From the NCBI GenBank assembly GCA_005240095.1, contig SBAX01000279.1, positions 1 to 49,056 on the forward strand: DNA of 49,056 bases, in the 5' to 3' direction. Position numbers and translations under genes: made by a program. Below are positions 1 to 9,128 of this stretch, one piece after another. Position 1 is the stretch's first letter, and the number at the start of each line of letters is the position of its first letter. The stretch comes from Phycisphaera mikurensis (GTDB lineage Bacteria > Planctomycetota > Phycisphaerae > UBA1845). The notes beneath the pieces were generated by a model. The model did not search any database, was not told where the DNA came from, and was given only the letters and a program-made list of their open reading frames with translations.

Positions 1-618
1 GCGACGCAGGAGTCGTTGGTACACGGGTTCGAGTCGTTGCAGTCGCTGTTGGCGACGCACTCCGCCGGCACGCCCACGCAAACGCCCGCCAGGCAGGCAT
101 CGTCGGTCGTACCCGGGTCAGTGTCATCGCAGGCGGTGCCGTCGGAGTGCGTCGCCAACAGCGACTGCAACGACTCGAACCCGTGTACCAACGACTCCTG
201 CGTCGCCGGTGTCTGTCAGTACGGCTACAACACCAACGCCTGCAACGACGGCAACGCGTGCACGGTCAGCGATCGCTGCAGCAGCGGTGTCTGCCGGGGC
301 ACGGTGATGGACTGCAACGACGGCAATACCTGCACGAACGACTATTGTTCGGCGGGAGTCTGCCAGCACTCTAACAACACCAACACGTGCAACGACAGCG
401 ATGCCTGTACGATCAACGATCGCTGCTCCGGCGGATCGTGCGTCGGAACGCCCGTGGCCTGCTGCGGCGACGGCGTCTGCGATGCCGGCGAGGATGAAGC
501 GAACTGTCCTGAGGATTGTGCTCCATCGTGCAATCCGGTGGGAGCATCGTGCACTGCGAACAGCGACTGCTGCTCGAACAGTTGCAAGGGCAAGCCGGGT
601 CGAAAGACGTGCAGATAG
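1..618 (+). CDS. Cysteine-rich repeat secreted protein, C-terminal part (5' end lies outside the window)
   Basis: Frame is open from nt 1 with no upstream stop. About four ~36-aa modules of the form CNDxNxCTxDxCxxGVC...NTNxC, then CCGDGVCDAGEDEANCPEDC and a final Cys cluster. A strong terminator hairpin follows. Confidence 0.6.
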   Translation, partial: ATQESLVHGFESLQSLLATHSAGTPTQTPARQASSVVPGSVSSQAVPSECVANSDCNDSNPCTNDSCVAGVCQYGYNTNACNDGNACTVSDRCSSGVCRGTVMDCNDGNTCTNDYCSAGVCQHSNNTNTCNDSDACTINDRCSGGSCVGTPVACCGDGVCDAGEDEANCPEDCAPSCNPVGASCTANSDCCSNSCKGKPGRKTCR

Positions 619-653
619 CGGCGATCTCTCATCGCCGAGGACCTGATTTGACC

Positions 654-692
654 ACCGCCGCGAAGGGCGACCCTTCGCGGCGGTTCCTTTTA
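654..692 (+). terminator. Rho-independent terminator between convergent genes
   Basis: Perfect 14-bp stem ACCGCCGCGAAGGG / CCCTTCGCGGCGGT (654-667 / 671-684) with a 3-nt loop, followed by TCCTTTTA. Confidence 0.65.
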
Positions 693-699
693 CGAGGCG

Positions 700-2313
700 T
701 CAGCCTCGGGAGAGGACCAGGGCCAGGGCATCATCGTCGGATGCAGAGCCTGCCAGGTACGAAGCCCAGAGGTTGGTGATCAGCGTCAAAACACCGGCGG
801 CCGGGGCGAAGGCATCGCGGTCCAGCAGGGCCTCATGCAGGCGATGCTCTCCGAGCGGCTCGCCCCCGGACGTCGCCCCTTCCACAAAGCCATCGGTGTA
901 GCAGACGATCCGGAAGGACTCCGGAATATCCACGCGGGTGGCCGCGTAGACGTAGTCGCGATCGACGCCCAGCACCAAGGAGGGCTGATCGAGGGTCAGG
1001 AGCCGGCCTGGACCGACTATGAGCAACGGCGGCATGGAGCCGGCGTTGATGTAGGTCAGTTTGCCCGAGGACAAGTCGATGCCGATGTAGAGCGAGCCCA
1101 ACACCTGCCGCGAGGGTGAGCCCGCGAGCTGTTGGTTCATGGCGTTGAACATGGCCGCGGGATCCATGACAGCGTCCTCAGACACGGCCAGTGCCGTCCG
1201 GATCGCTGCTTGAACGGAGTAGCCTTGGACGAGGCCGGTGATGCCGTGCCCGCCGCCGTCGATCAGCACTATGCCGCAGCGTTGCTCGTCCACGTGCAGG
1301 ACCGTGGCGAAGTCCCCACAGCGAGCCCGCCCGGGCATGAACTTGACTGCGACGTCAAACGTGTCGCTGCCCACGACCGGCGTGGTTAGCGACGCCTGTA
1401 CGCGGCGCAGCGTCGTCAGCCAGGCGGCGCCTTCTCTCGCCGCGCTGCCGCTGAGCTTCCGCGAAGCCTCGGCCAATGTCGCGCCGATGGCCGCTCCGGC
1501 TGCCATGGCGTAGGGCAGGGCACTGGGGGGAAACGGCTTCTTCGACGAAGGTCGGTCCACGTAGAGAACGCCGACGACTTCCCCGCGATGAGTCAGCGGA
1601 GCGACGACGCCGGCCGCGGCGTAGCCGAGCTTGGCGTTGATCTGTCCGGCCGTCTGCGGATAGCGCCCCGCGACCTGTTGAAGCATCGGGGCGAGGACGA
1701 ACGAGTGGCTCGCGGGAATCAGCGACGCGCCTGCCGGTCGCTTAAGCGCTCGCTGGGCGAGGGGACGCAGGTCGGTCTTCTTCTCGCCTCTCAGGGCGAT
1801 GAAGCCGCGCTCGGCCTGCAGGTCGAGCAAGACCTGACCCAACGCCGCTTGAGCAAGGTCCTCGGCGCGGGCGGTCAGCGGCTGGTCCGCGGGAATACGG
1901 GCGATCTGCTCGACCTGTTGCACGGTGAGCGACACTGGGGCCTTGAGCTTGAGCCACTCGCAGTCCGGCGGTTCGGTGCGATCGGGCGTCAGGAAGTCGA
2001 GGTCCGGCGCATCCGGCCGTCCGGCATCGTCGAGAAACTCGAGCACCTGATCGCCGGCGCGGACGATGTCTCCGCCGGTGAGCAAGGTCTCGGTGATCTG
2101 CTCACCATTGACGTACGTCTTGTTCCGGCTGCCCAAGTCGCGAATGCGGTAGCGACCGTTGGCCTCCAAGTCGATGCGCAGGTGCTCCCGCGAGATCATC
2201 TCCGAGTCGATGGCGAGCTGGCAGGTGTTGGCCCGGCCCAGGATGAAGTTCTCGCTGTCCAGCAGGCGCGTGTGAAGGCGCCCTTCGCCGTCCACGTATC
2301 GAAGCAAGGCCAT
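700..2313 (-). CDS. FHA - GAF - PP2C/SpoIIE-type serine phosphatase signalling protein
   Basis: N-terminal FHA pattern (FILGRANTCQLAIDSEMISREHLRI...GSRNKTYVNGEQI). Central GAF-like segment (ERGFIALRG...GVLYVDR). C-terminal SpoIIE/PP2C pattern (CGDFATV...LIDGGGHG...YTDGFVE). ATG at 2313 is preferred over the TTG at 2382 because FHA domains normally start at the N-terminus. Confidence 0.8.
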   Translation of the reverse strand: MALLRYVDGEGRLHTRLLDSENFILGRANTCQLAIDSEMISREHLRIDLEANGRYRIRDLGSRNKTYVNGEQITETLLTGGDIVRAGDQVLEFLDDAGRPDAPDLDFLTPDRTEPPDCEWLKLKAPVSLTVQQVEQIARIPADQPLTARAEDLAQAALGQVLLDLQAERGFIALRGEKKTDLRPLAQRALKRPAGASLIPASHSFVLAPMLQQVAGRYPQTAGQINAKLGYAAAGVVAPLTHRGEVVGVLYVDRPSSKKPFPPSALPYAMAAGAAIGATLAEASRKLSGSAAREGAAWLTTLRRVQASLTTPVVGSDTFDVAVKFMPGRARCGDFATVLHVDEQRCGIVLIDGGGHGITGLVQGYSVQAAIRTALAVSEDAVMDPAAMFNAMNQQLAGSPSRQVLGSLYIGIDLSSGKLTYINAGSMPPLLIVGPGRLLTLDQPSLVLGVDRDYVYAATRVDIPESFRIVCYTDGFVEGATSGGEPLGEHRLHEALLDRDAFAPAAGVLTLITNLWASYLAGSASDDDALALVLSRG

Positions 2314-2565
2314 GAAAGGCAATATAAGGCGGCGGGCGGGAGGAATCGATTTTCGGGCGACTCCCAAGGGCCTCCAGGTCAACCCAGGGCCGTGTCCACC
2401 GCGATACGGAATCCTTCCCGCCGGATTCGGTTTCAGAATAATTACAGTGTAACTGCTCGCCTGACGTGGATGGCGGCTCGGTGTATAGTATGGGGACTGT
2501 GCGCGGGCGGCATTGCGTCAAAGCGAGTGGAGATGACCGGAACCGCTTGGCGTTTGTGAACACCG

Positions 2566-3504
2566 TTGGACATCAGCATACCCATTGACGACCCGTCGAG
2601 GCGCGGGGCCTTGTACGGGACGGCGGATCGCAATCTGCGCCTGATCCGCAGCGCTTTCGACGTGCGGATCAGCGCGCGGGACAACATTGTCCACATCAGC
2701 GGGCCAGCCGAGGCCGTCCGCCGGGCGGCGATGGTGGTCGAAGACCTGCAGCGCTGCCTGCGGGAGAACGTCGATGTCAGCACCGAGTTTCTAGAATCTT
2801 CGATCGCCGCAGCCGGCGCCAACGGACGCTCCGAACAGGGGGCCATCGATGTTTTCCTCTCCTCGGCCGCGATCAGCCCGCGAAGCGAAGGTCAACAGCG
2901 CTACGTGGACGCCATCCTGAACCACGACCTGACGTTCTGCACCGGCCCGGCGGGGACAGGAAAGACGTTCCTCGCGGTGGCCGTGTCGATATCCTTGCTC
3001 AAGCAGCACAAGATCAAGCGCATCGTGCTGGCTCGACCGGCCGTCGAAGCCGGCGAGAAGCTCGGCTTCCTACCGGGCGATTTGCAGGCCAAGGTGAACC
3101 CGTACCTGCGACCGCTCTTCGACGCCATGCACGACATGATGCCCTTCGATCAGATCCGCCGCTTCCTTCAAAACGACGTGATCGAGGTCGTGCCGCTGGC
3201 GTTCATGCGCGGGCGCACGCTCAATCACGCGGCCATCATCCTGGATGAAGCCCAGAATGCCACGGTCTCGCAGATGCTCATGTTCCTCACTCGCCTGGGC
3301 CATCACAGCAAGATGGTGGTGACAGGCGATGACAGTCAAAGCGACCTGCCGGGCAACGAAGCCAGCGGGCTTGTCGATGCGGTACGCCGTCTGGATAACC
3401 TGCCGGGCATCTCGGTCGTGCGCCTGTCCAAAGTGGACATCGTGCGCCACCCCATCGTGCAGCAGGTGGTGGAGGCCTACAGTGCCCCCGGCGTCCGAAA
3501 ATAA
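2566..3504 (+). CDS. phoH: PhoH-family ATPase
   Basis: Walker A GPAGTGKTFLAV, Walker B IILDEAQN, and a PhoH-type C-terminus (MVVTGDDSQSDLP). TTG start. First gene of the conserved phoH-HD-ybeY-corC cluster. Confidence 0.9.
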   Translation: MDISIPIDDPSRRGALYGTADRNLRLIRSAFDVRISARDNIVHISGPAEAVRRAAMVVEDLQRCLRENVDVSTEFLESSIAAAGANGRSEQGAIDVFLSSAAISPRSEGQQRYVDAILNHDLTFCTGPAGTGKTFLAVAVSISLLKQHKIKRIVLARPAVEAGEKLGFLPGDLQAKVNPYLRPLFDAMHDMMPFDQIRRFLQNDVIEVVPLAFMRGRTLNHAAIILDEAQNATVSQMLMFLTRLGHHSKMVVTGDDSQSDLPGNEASGLVDAVRRLDNLPGISVVRLSKVDIVRHPIVQQVVEAYSAPGVRK

Positions 3505-3610
3505 CATGAATACCTGGCTATCCCGTCATCGCAGAAGAATGTCCGCCGCACGGCGTCCGATAGGTTCACTCGACCCTATGGGAGCGGGAAGGCGGTAGGC
3601 GCGGAAATCG

Positions 3611-5935
3611 ATGTTTGGTTTTGGATCCAAACGGGAAGGTCGGTCGCGGCAGCTGCGTGAGCAGCGGCTGGGGACTTCGCGCTGGAGGCAGATCAGCCGA
3701 CGGGCGTTCTCCTGGCGGGCACTGAACGGCATGATCTTCGTGGCCGGTGCCTGCACCATCGCCTTGGTGGGAGAACAAAGCCTCGACTACGTGGTCGGCC
3801 AGCGGCTGGATCAGCCTATCTATGCAAAAGTCAAGTTCCAGGTAACCGACGCCAATCAGACCACGCTGGACAAGAAGGCCGCTCGCGCCAAGACACCCAG
3901 CACCTATACCTTGAACGATCCGGCGCTGACTTTCGGACGCATCCGCGCGGACTTGATGAGGCTCTACCAGGCTGCTGCCGATGCGGACGCTTACGAGGCC
4001 TATGTCCAGGTGATGGACGGCTTGAAGTGGCCCGCGGACCGTTCGGCGTACAAACGCCTGCGAGGGCTGGTGGACATGCCCAATGACGCCGGCCGGGCCC
4101 AATTTCAGGACTGGGTGGACAAGCTTCCCCTGGAAGGCCAGCACGTCGTCAAGGGCCTGTCGCGCGAGCCTCGCGACCCCCCCAGTTCGACGGATTTCAT
4201 TCTTCTCGACATGCGCGACGGAGAGAATGCGGTGCAGATTCCGCATTCGGAATTGGTCCCCCAGGGAAACGAGAAAGCGCTGCAGGGTAGCGCCGCCATC
4301 GTGGCACGCAGCATTCCGGGAGCCTACGAGCTGTGGCCCACGATCGAGGCCATCATTGTGGCGGCGTTCCGCGAGCAACCCACGATTCTGTACTCCCAGG
4401 AGCGAACAGCCGAGGCCATGCAGAAGGCCGAGGAGGCCACGCCGCCGGCCAAGATCGTCTACGAGAAGGACAAGCCGTTCATCAGCCCCGGCGAGCTCGG
4501 TGAGGAGGAATACGTACTCCTGGAGGCCCATCAGGCCGCTTACCTGGAGTTTCTCAAGCAGGATACCGACGAAGCCATGGCCCTGCGGCAGCAGCGCTGG
4601 CTGCATCGCGTCGGTCTGGTGACCATGGCCGGCCTGCTGGCGGGGGGACTCCTGATCTACACGCGGTTGTACCAGCCCGGCGTGCTGGCCACGCGGGGAC
4701 GCGGCCTGGAGTTTGTCGCTGTCGTTCTGGCCACGGTGGCGGTCGCGCGTCTCGTGGACGTGCGCTGGCCCCAATACCCCGAGCTGGTGCTCGGGGCTTG
4801 TTTGGTCGCCGCATGCGTGACCAGCATCGTGTATCCGCGGCGATTTGCGGTTGGGGCGATGTGCATCCTCGCGGTGCTGGCAGCCACCATCGTGCGCAGC
4901 AACCTGCCCTTCCTGCTGATGCTCCTACTTGGTGTCTCGGCTACGGTGTACCAGTTGGATGAGATTCGCACCCGCACCAAGCTGCTCAAGGTCGGACTGG
5001 TGACCGCGGCGTCGGTCATGCTGGCCGCCTTGGGTGCGGGGCTGGCGGAAGGCCAGACGCCCACGTTCCTCCTGCAACACTCGATGCTTGCCGGCATTGT
5101 CGCCGTTGGAGCGGTGATGCTCGTCTCCGGGACACTGCCCTTCATCGAACGAGTTTTTGGTGTAGCCACCTCGCTGACCCTGCTGGAATGGCGCGATCCG
5201 ACGAGGCCCCTTCTGCAACTCCTGGCCCGAGAATGCCCTGGAACGTACAACCACAGCCTTGTGCTGGGGACTCTCGCGGAGGCGGCGTGCGAGCGCATCG
5301 GGGCCAACGGGTTGCTCGCCCAGGTGGGCGCTCTCTACCACGACATCGGGAAGATTCATCGCCCCAGCTACTTCACCGAAAACCAGGAAGGCCGCATCAG
5401 CCGGCACGACAGCCTGGCGCCGACCATGAGCCTGCTGATCATCCTCGGGCACGTGAAAGACGGGCTCGAACTGGCCAGGCAGTACAAGTTGCCGCCCGTG
5501 CTGCACCATTTCATCGCCGAACATCACGGCACCACCGTGGTGCGCTATTTCCATCGCGTGGCCAGCGACAAACAGCCCCTGGTGGCCAGTGGACGTCACG
5601 ACCGCGAAGTCGCGGAGTCGGACTTCCGCTACTCTGGCCCCCGCCCGCGGACGCGGGAGTCCGCCGTGCTCATGCTCTGCGACGGAGTAGAGGGGGCGGT
5701 GCGGGCTTTGCCCGAGGCCACCGTGGGGCGCATCGAAAGCGCCGTCCACGGCATCGTCACCGACCGGCTCAACGACGGTCAGTTCGACGATTGCGACATC
5801 ACCATGCGTGAAATCCGGCTGGTGGAGGAGTCGCTGGTCAAATCCCTCTGCGGCATTTATCATGGCCGGGTGGCGTACCCCAAGGCCCGCAAGCCCCGTG
5901 AGGAGTCGGTCGAACCGGCACGGATGCGCGGTTGA
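3611..5935 (+). CDS. Membrane-bound HD-domain phosphohydrolase (7TM-HD, PgpH/YqfF-like)
   Basis: Large N-terminal extracytoplasmic region, seven hydrophobic helices, and a C-terminal HD domain (HSLVLGTLAE...LYHDIGK...AEHHGT). Conserved position between phoH and ybeY. Confidence 0.85.
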   Translation: MFGFGSKREGRSRQLREQRLGTSRWRQISRRAFSWRALNGMIFVAGACTIALVGEQSLDYVVGQRLDQPIYAKVKFQVTDANQTTLDKKAARAKTPSTYTLNDPALTFGRIRADLMRLYQAAADADAYEAYVQVMDGLKWPADRSAYKRLRGLVDMPNDAGRAQFQDWVDKLPLEGQHVVKGLSREPRDPPSSTDFILLDMRDGENAVQIPHSELVPQGNEKALQGSAAIVARSIPGAYELWPTIEAIIVAAFREQPTILYSQERTAEAMQKAEEATPPAKIVYEKDKPFISPGELGEEEYVLLEAHQAAYLEFLKQDTDEAMALRQQRWLHRVGLVTMAGLLAGGLLIYTRLYQPGVLATRGRGLEFVAVVLATVAVARLVDVRWPQYPELVLGACLVAACVTSIVYPRRFAVGAMCILAVLAATIVRSNLPFLLMLLLGVSATVYQLDEIRTRTKLLKVGLVTAASVMLAALGAGLAEGQTPTFLLQHSMLAGIVAVGAVMLVSGTLPFIERVFGVATSLTLLEWRDPTRPLLQLLARECPGTYNHSLVLGTLAEAACERIGANGLLAQVGALYHDIGKIHRPSYFTENQEGRISRHDSLAPTMSLLIILGHVKDGLELARQYKLPPVLHHFIAEHHGTTVVRYFHRVASDKQPLVASGRHDREVAESDFRYSGPRPRTRESAVLMLCDGVEGAVRALPEATVGRIESAVHGIVTDRLNDGQFDDCDITMREIRLVEESLVKSLCGIYHGRVAYPKARKPREESVEPARMRG

Positions 5936-5956
5936 TCGCGGGCTTGAGGCACTTCG

Positions 5957-6448
5957 ATGCGTAAGCCTACGTCGTACGAGATTATGATTGGCAGTGCGCG
6001 AACCCCGCCCGCGCAGGCGCGGTCCTTGCTGCGAAAAGCCATCGCTGCGACTCTGCGTCGCCATGAGGTCAAAGACGCGCGGCTTAGCGTCGCTCTGGTG
6101 GGAGACGCACTCATCGCACGGCTGAACCGCACACACCTTGCCCATCGTGGGTCCACGGATGTGCTCAGCTTCGACCTCCGCGATCCCCGCACCGCCAACG
6201 GCGCCATCGAAGGAGAGTTGGTCATCTCCCTGGATACCGCCCACCGTGAAGCGCGGAAGCGCGGGCTGGCGGTGAGTGCGGAGCTGGCCCTCTACGCCGT
6301 GCACGGGGTGCTTCATCTGCTGGGTTATGATGACCGCACTGGGCGCGCCGCGGCGCGGATGTATCGAAGGGAAGACGAGATCCTCGGCTCACTGGGACTG
6401 CACGGCGTGCGCGGCGAGCCGCACTCTCGGGCGGCGCATCAGCCATGA
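5957..6448 (+). CDS. ybeY: rRNA maturation endoribonuclease YbeY
   Basis: Zinc motif HGVLHLLGYDD, correct size (163 aa), and conserved synteny. Confidence 0.9.
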   Translation: MRKPTSYEIMIGSARTPPAQARSLLRKAIAATLRRHEVKDARLSVALVGDALIARLNRTHLAHRGSTDVLSFDLRDPRTANGAIEGELVISLDTAHREARKRGLAVSAELALYAVHGVLHLLGYDDRTGRAAARMYRREDEILGSLGLHGVRGEPHSRAAHQP

Positions 6449-7740
6449 CGGCGACGATTTGGCTGTTTGCGATCGGACTGGGGGGCGTCTTCCTCCTCTC
6501 GACGCTCAACTTGGCGATGCGCGCTCCGTCCCGGGCACGTTTCGCGGAGCAGTTCGAGCGCGCCGGCCGGCCTGAAGGCTTCGAGCGCTTCGTGACCCGC
6601 CGCAGTCAGTATCTGCTGGCCACCGCCGCCCTGCGCTCGGCGGCCGTGCTCGCCCTGTTCGTCAGCGTGCTCTACTACTTCGTTCTCTATCGGGTTCCGA
6701 GCGGCGACGAGGCCGCGCACTTCAGCCGCATGACCGCGGGTTGCCTGGTAGCCTGGATGTTCCTCCTGATTTTCGGTGTAGCCATCCCTTACGCCTCGGC
6801 GGAGTACACCGGCGATTGGCTCGTCGTACGACTCCTGCCGCTGCTCGATGGCCTGAGGATCCTCTGCTACCCGCTGGTGTGGTTTCTGGAGCTTTTCGAT
6901 CCCGTCGTGCGGCGCCTGGTGGGCGCACCTCCGCGAGATCAGAAAACCTTCGCCGACGAGCTGGAGCAGGAAATCCTCAATGCCGTCAGCGAAGGCGAGC
7001 TCCACGGGGCGGTGGACGAGCAGGAAAAAGAGATGATCGAGTCGGTCATCGAACTGGGAGACAAGCGTGTCGTGGAGATCATGACCCCGCGCACCGACGT
7101 CGTGGCCCTGCCCGCGGACGCCGCCCTGCCCGCCGTGCTCGAGGGCATCCGCAACCAGGGTCACTCCCGCATCCCCGTGTACGACGGCACCATCGACACC
7201 ATCCTCGGCGTGCTATACGCCAAGGACATCCTGGGCATGCGCGAAGGCGCGTCTTTCGACCTTCGCGACGTGATGCGCAAGGCCCTGTTCATCCCCGAGT
7301 CCAAGCTCGTCCGCGACCTGCTGCGCGACTTTCAGAAGGAAAAGGTCCACATCGCCATCGTGCTCGACGAATACGGCGGCACCGCGGGTCTAGTGACCAT
7401 CGAGGACATTCTCGAGGAGCTGGTGGGCGATATCGCCGACGAGTACGAACCGGCGGAACCCGCGTCCCTGAGGCGCATCGACGACTCCACGTACGAGGTG
7501 GATGCGCGGATGCGCATCGATGAACTCAACGATCAGTTGAACCTCGCCCTGCCCGACAACCGCGACTACGAAACCATCGGGGGCTTCGTCTTCAGTACCA
7601 TGGGAAAGATACCCAAGGCCGGCGAAGCCTGCGATTTCGAGAACATCGGGATCAAGGTGCTCGCCGCAGAGCCAAGGCGGATCACGCGGCTCCTTTTGAA
7701 GGTAACACCCGCAGAGGAATCAAGAGAGCCCGCGGCGTAG
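6445..7740 (+). CDS. CNNM/CorC-type transporter-associated protein (DUF21 - CBS pair - CorC_HlyC)
   Basis: N-terminal 4-TM DUF21-like region, CBS pair (MTPRTDVV...IPVYDGTIDTILGVLYAKD), C-terminal CorC/HlyC domain (ETIGGFVFSTMGKIP). ATGA overlap with the ybeY stop. Confidence 0.85.
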   Translation: MTATIWLFAIGLGGVFLLSTLNLAMRAPSRARFAEQFERAGRPEGFERFVTRRSQYLLATAALRSAAVLALFVSVLYYFVLYRVPSGDEAAHFSRMTAGCLVAWMFLLIFGVAIPYASAEYTGDWLVVRLLPLLDGLRILCYPLVWFLELFDPVVRRLVGAPPRDQKTFADELEQEILNAVSEGELHGAVDEQEKEMIESVIELGDKRVVEIMTPRTDVVALPADAALPAVLEGIRNQGHSRIPVYDGTIDTILGVLYAKDILGMREGASFDLRDVMRKALFIPESKLVRDLLRDFQKEKVHIAIVLDEYGGTAGLVTIEDILEELVGDIADEYEPAEPASLRRIDDSTYEVDARMRIDELNDQLNLALPDNRDYETIGGFVFSTMGKIPKAGEACDFENIGIKVLAAEPRRITRLLLKVTPAEESREPAA

Positions 7741-7933
7741 CTGCTGCGCTTCCGCACTCCGGGCACGTTCCGGTGGTGTTGGCGAACAGGTCGTAGCCGC
7801 AGGCGGCGCAACGCCCCCGGCTGCGGCGATGGGCGGCGCGGACCAGCTCCCTCCCACAGCATGCGCAGGCGATCATTGTCCACAGGAACATGATCGCCAG
7901 CGTGAGCACAATGCTCGCGGCGGCGGAATCCAC
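7682..7933 (-). CDS. Small membrane-anchored zinc-ribbon protein (hypothetical)
   Basis: GTG start, one N-terminal TM helix, then CAACGYDL-x8-CPECG zinc-ribbon motif. GC-rich third codon positions. The 3' end overlaps the convergent CorC-type gene by 59 nt. Confidence 0.4.
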   Translation of the reverse strand: MDSAAASIVLTLAIMFLWTMIACACCGRELVRAAHRRSRGRCAACGYDLFANTTGTCPECGSAAATPRALLIPLRVLPSKGAA

Positions 7934-7982
7934 GTGTCAAGTCCATGCCGGCGGCCCAAGCGCCGGCGATTTCCGACCCGCC

Positions 7983-9119
7983 TTATTGTAGGCTCGCCCG
8001 ACGCAGGCGGAGGAAGTCCACCGGATGATTTGTGCATCCTTCGGTGATCCAGTCGGCGATGGTCTGCCCGATGACCGGGGCGAACTTGAAGCCGTGCCCG
8101 GAGAACCCGCAGGCCAAAAACACGTTGGGATGCTGCGGATGCCGGTCGAGAATGAAATGCTCATCAGGGGTCATGGTGTACATGCAGACCGAGCGTTTGG
8201 TGACGCTGCGTCCCAGGGAAGGCGTGTACCGCTCCACGAAGCGGCGAAGGGGGGCCTCATCCTCGGGACGAACTTCGCGGTCGAGAATGTCGGCCGTGGC
8301 GGTATGCTCGCCCCCGGCATGATCGCTGACCTTCACGCCCAGCGCGTCGATGGCCGGAAAGCCGTAGTAGAAGCCACGGTCATCGGTTTCAAACCCGAAG
8401 ACCGGACAGCCCTTGGCATGAGCGAACCGTTCGTCCTGCGCGGCGAACCACACTACGACCTTCCGCCGGATGGCCAGCGGCAGGTTCATGGCTTGAAGCA
8501 ACTGGCCCATCCACGCCCCGCCGCACAGGATCAGGTGCTTCGCGCAAAACGTCCCGTCGCCGGTCGTCACCCGCACGCCGCCCTCGGCCGACCAGTCCAG
8601 CACGCGCTGCCCGGTGAGCACCGTCGCGCCGCGCTCTCGAGCGAGTTGCACGTGGGCGCGTACACAGTTCTCCACTTCCAGGAAGCCCGCATCGGCCTCG
8701 AACAGCACGCGCATGGCGGGATCAATACGAAAGACCGGAAGGCGGCCCGCCCATTCCGCGGGTGGAACGGACTCGATGGCCAGCTTGTGCTCCCTCGCGG
8801 CGCGTTCGACCCCGGCGATCATCGGGCCGTCGGGTTTCCCGGCGAGCATTAATCCGCAGCGATGCAGGAGCTTACGCGAGCAGGCCCTCTCCAACTCTTC
8901 CCACAGGGCGTAGGCGCGATCCACGAGGGGGACGTAGTCGGGATGCTCGAAGTAGGCCCGGCGGATCAGCCTTGTGGCCCCGTGGGAACTCCCGCGATCG
9001 TGCCCGATGTCGAACTGCTCGATCCCCAGAACGCGGACCCCGCGCCGCGCAAGATGCCACACGGCGCTGCCGCCCATCGCCCCGACGCCAATGACGATCA
9101 CATCGTACGCTTGCGCCAT
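7983..9119 (-). CDS. solA: FAD-dependent N-methyl amino acid oxidase (monomeric sarcosine oxidase / N-methyltryptophan oxidase family)
   Basis: N-terminal dinucleotide fold YDVIVIGVGAMGGSA. Collinear similarity to E. coli SolA, including the covalent-FAD cysteine context (SVCMYTMTPDEHFILD) and GFSGHGFKF. Confidence 0.8.
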   Translation of the reverse strand: MAQAYDVIVIGVGAMGGSAVWHLARRGVRVLGIEQFDIGHDRGSSHGATRLIRRAYFEHPDYVPLVDRAYALWEELERACSRKLLHRCGLMLAGKPDGPMIAGVERAAREHKLAIESVPPAEWAGRLPVFRIDPAMRVLFEADAGFLEVENCVRAHVQLARERGATVLTGQRVLDWSAEGGVRVTTGDGTFCAKHLILCGGAWMGQLLQAMNLPLAIRRKVVVWFAAQDERFAHAKGCPVFGFETDDRGFYYGFPAIDALGVKVSDHAGGEHTATADILDREVRPEDEAPLRRFVERYTPSLGRSVTKRSVCMYTMTPDEHFILDRHPQHPNVFLACGFSGHGFKFAPVIGQTIADWITEGCTNHPVDFLRLRRASLQ

Positions 9120-9128
9120 TCGGCCACG

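Noticed and set aside
20-45. GGGTTCGAGTC string resembling a tRNA T-loop
   Set aside because: No acceptor, D or anticodon stems can be drawn around it. It lies inside the open reading frame of the Cys-rich protein.
2314-2382. TTG-initiated 23-codon N-terminal extension of the FHA-GAF-PP2C gene
   Set aside because: The extension is basic and low-complexity, with no SD site. FHA domains in this architecture start within a few residues of the initiator Met, so the ATG at 2313 is preferred, though not proven.
3566-4774. Long antisense ORFs (3566-4774, 4925-6316, 15254-16582, 19823-21427, 33497-34666, 39805-40917, 1588-2559 and many shorter ones)
   Set aside because: All are opposite or out of frame to genes with clear family signatures. 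Their products are Arg/Gly/Ala/Pro-rich with no motifs. Long stop-free antisense frames are expected from GC-rich codon usage.
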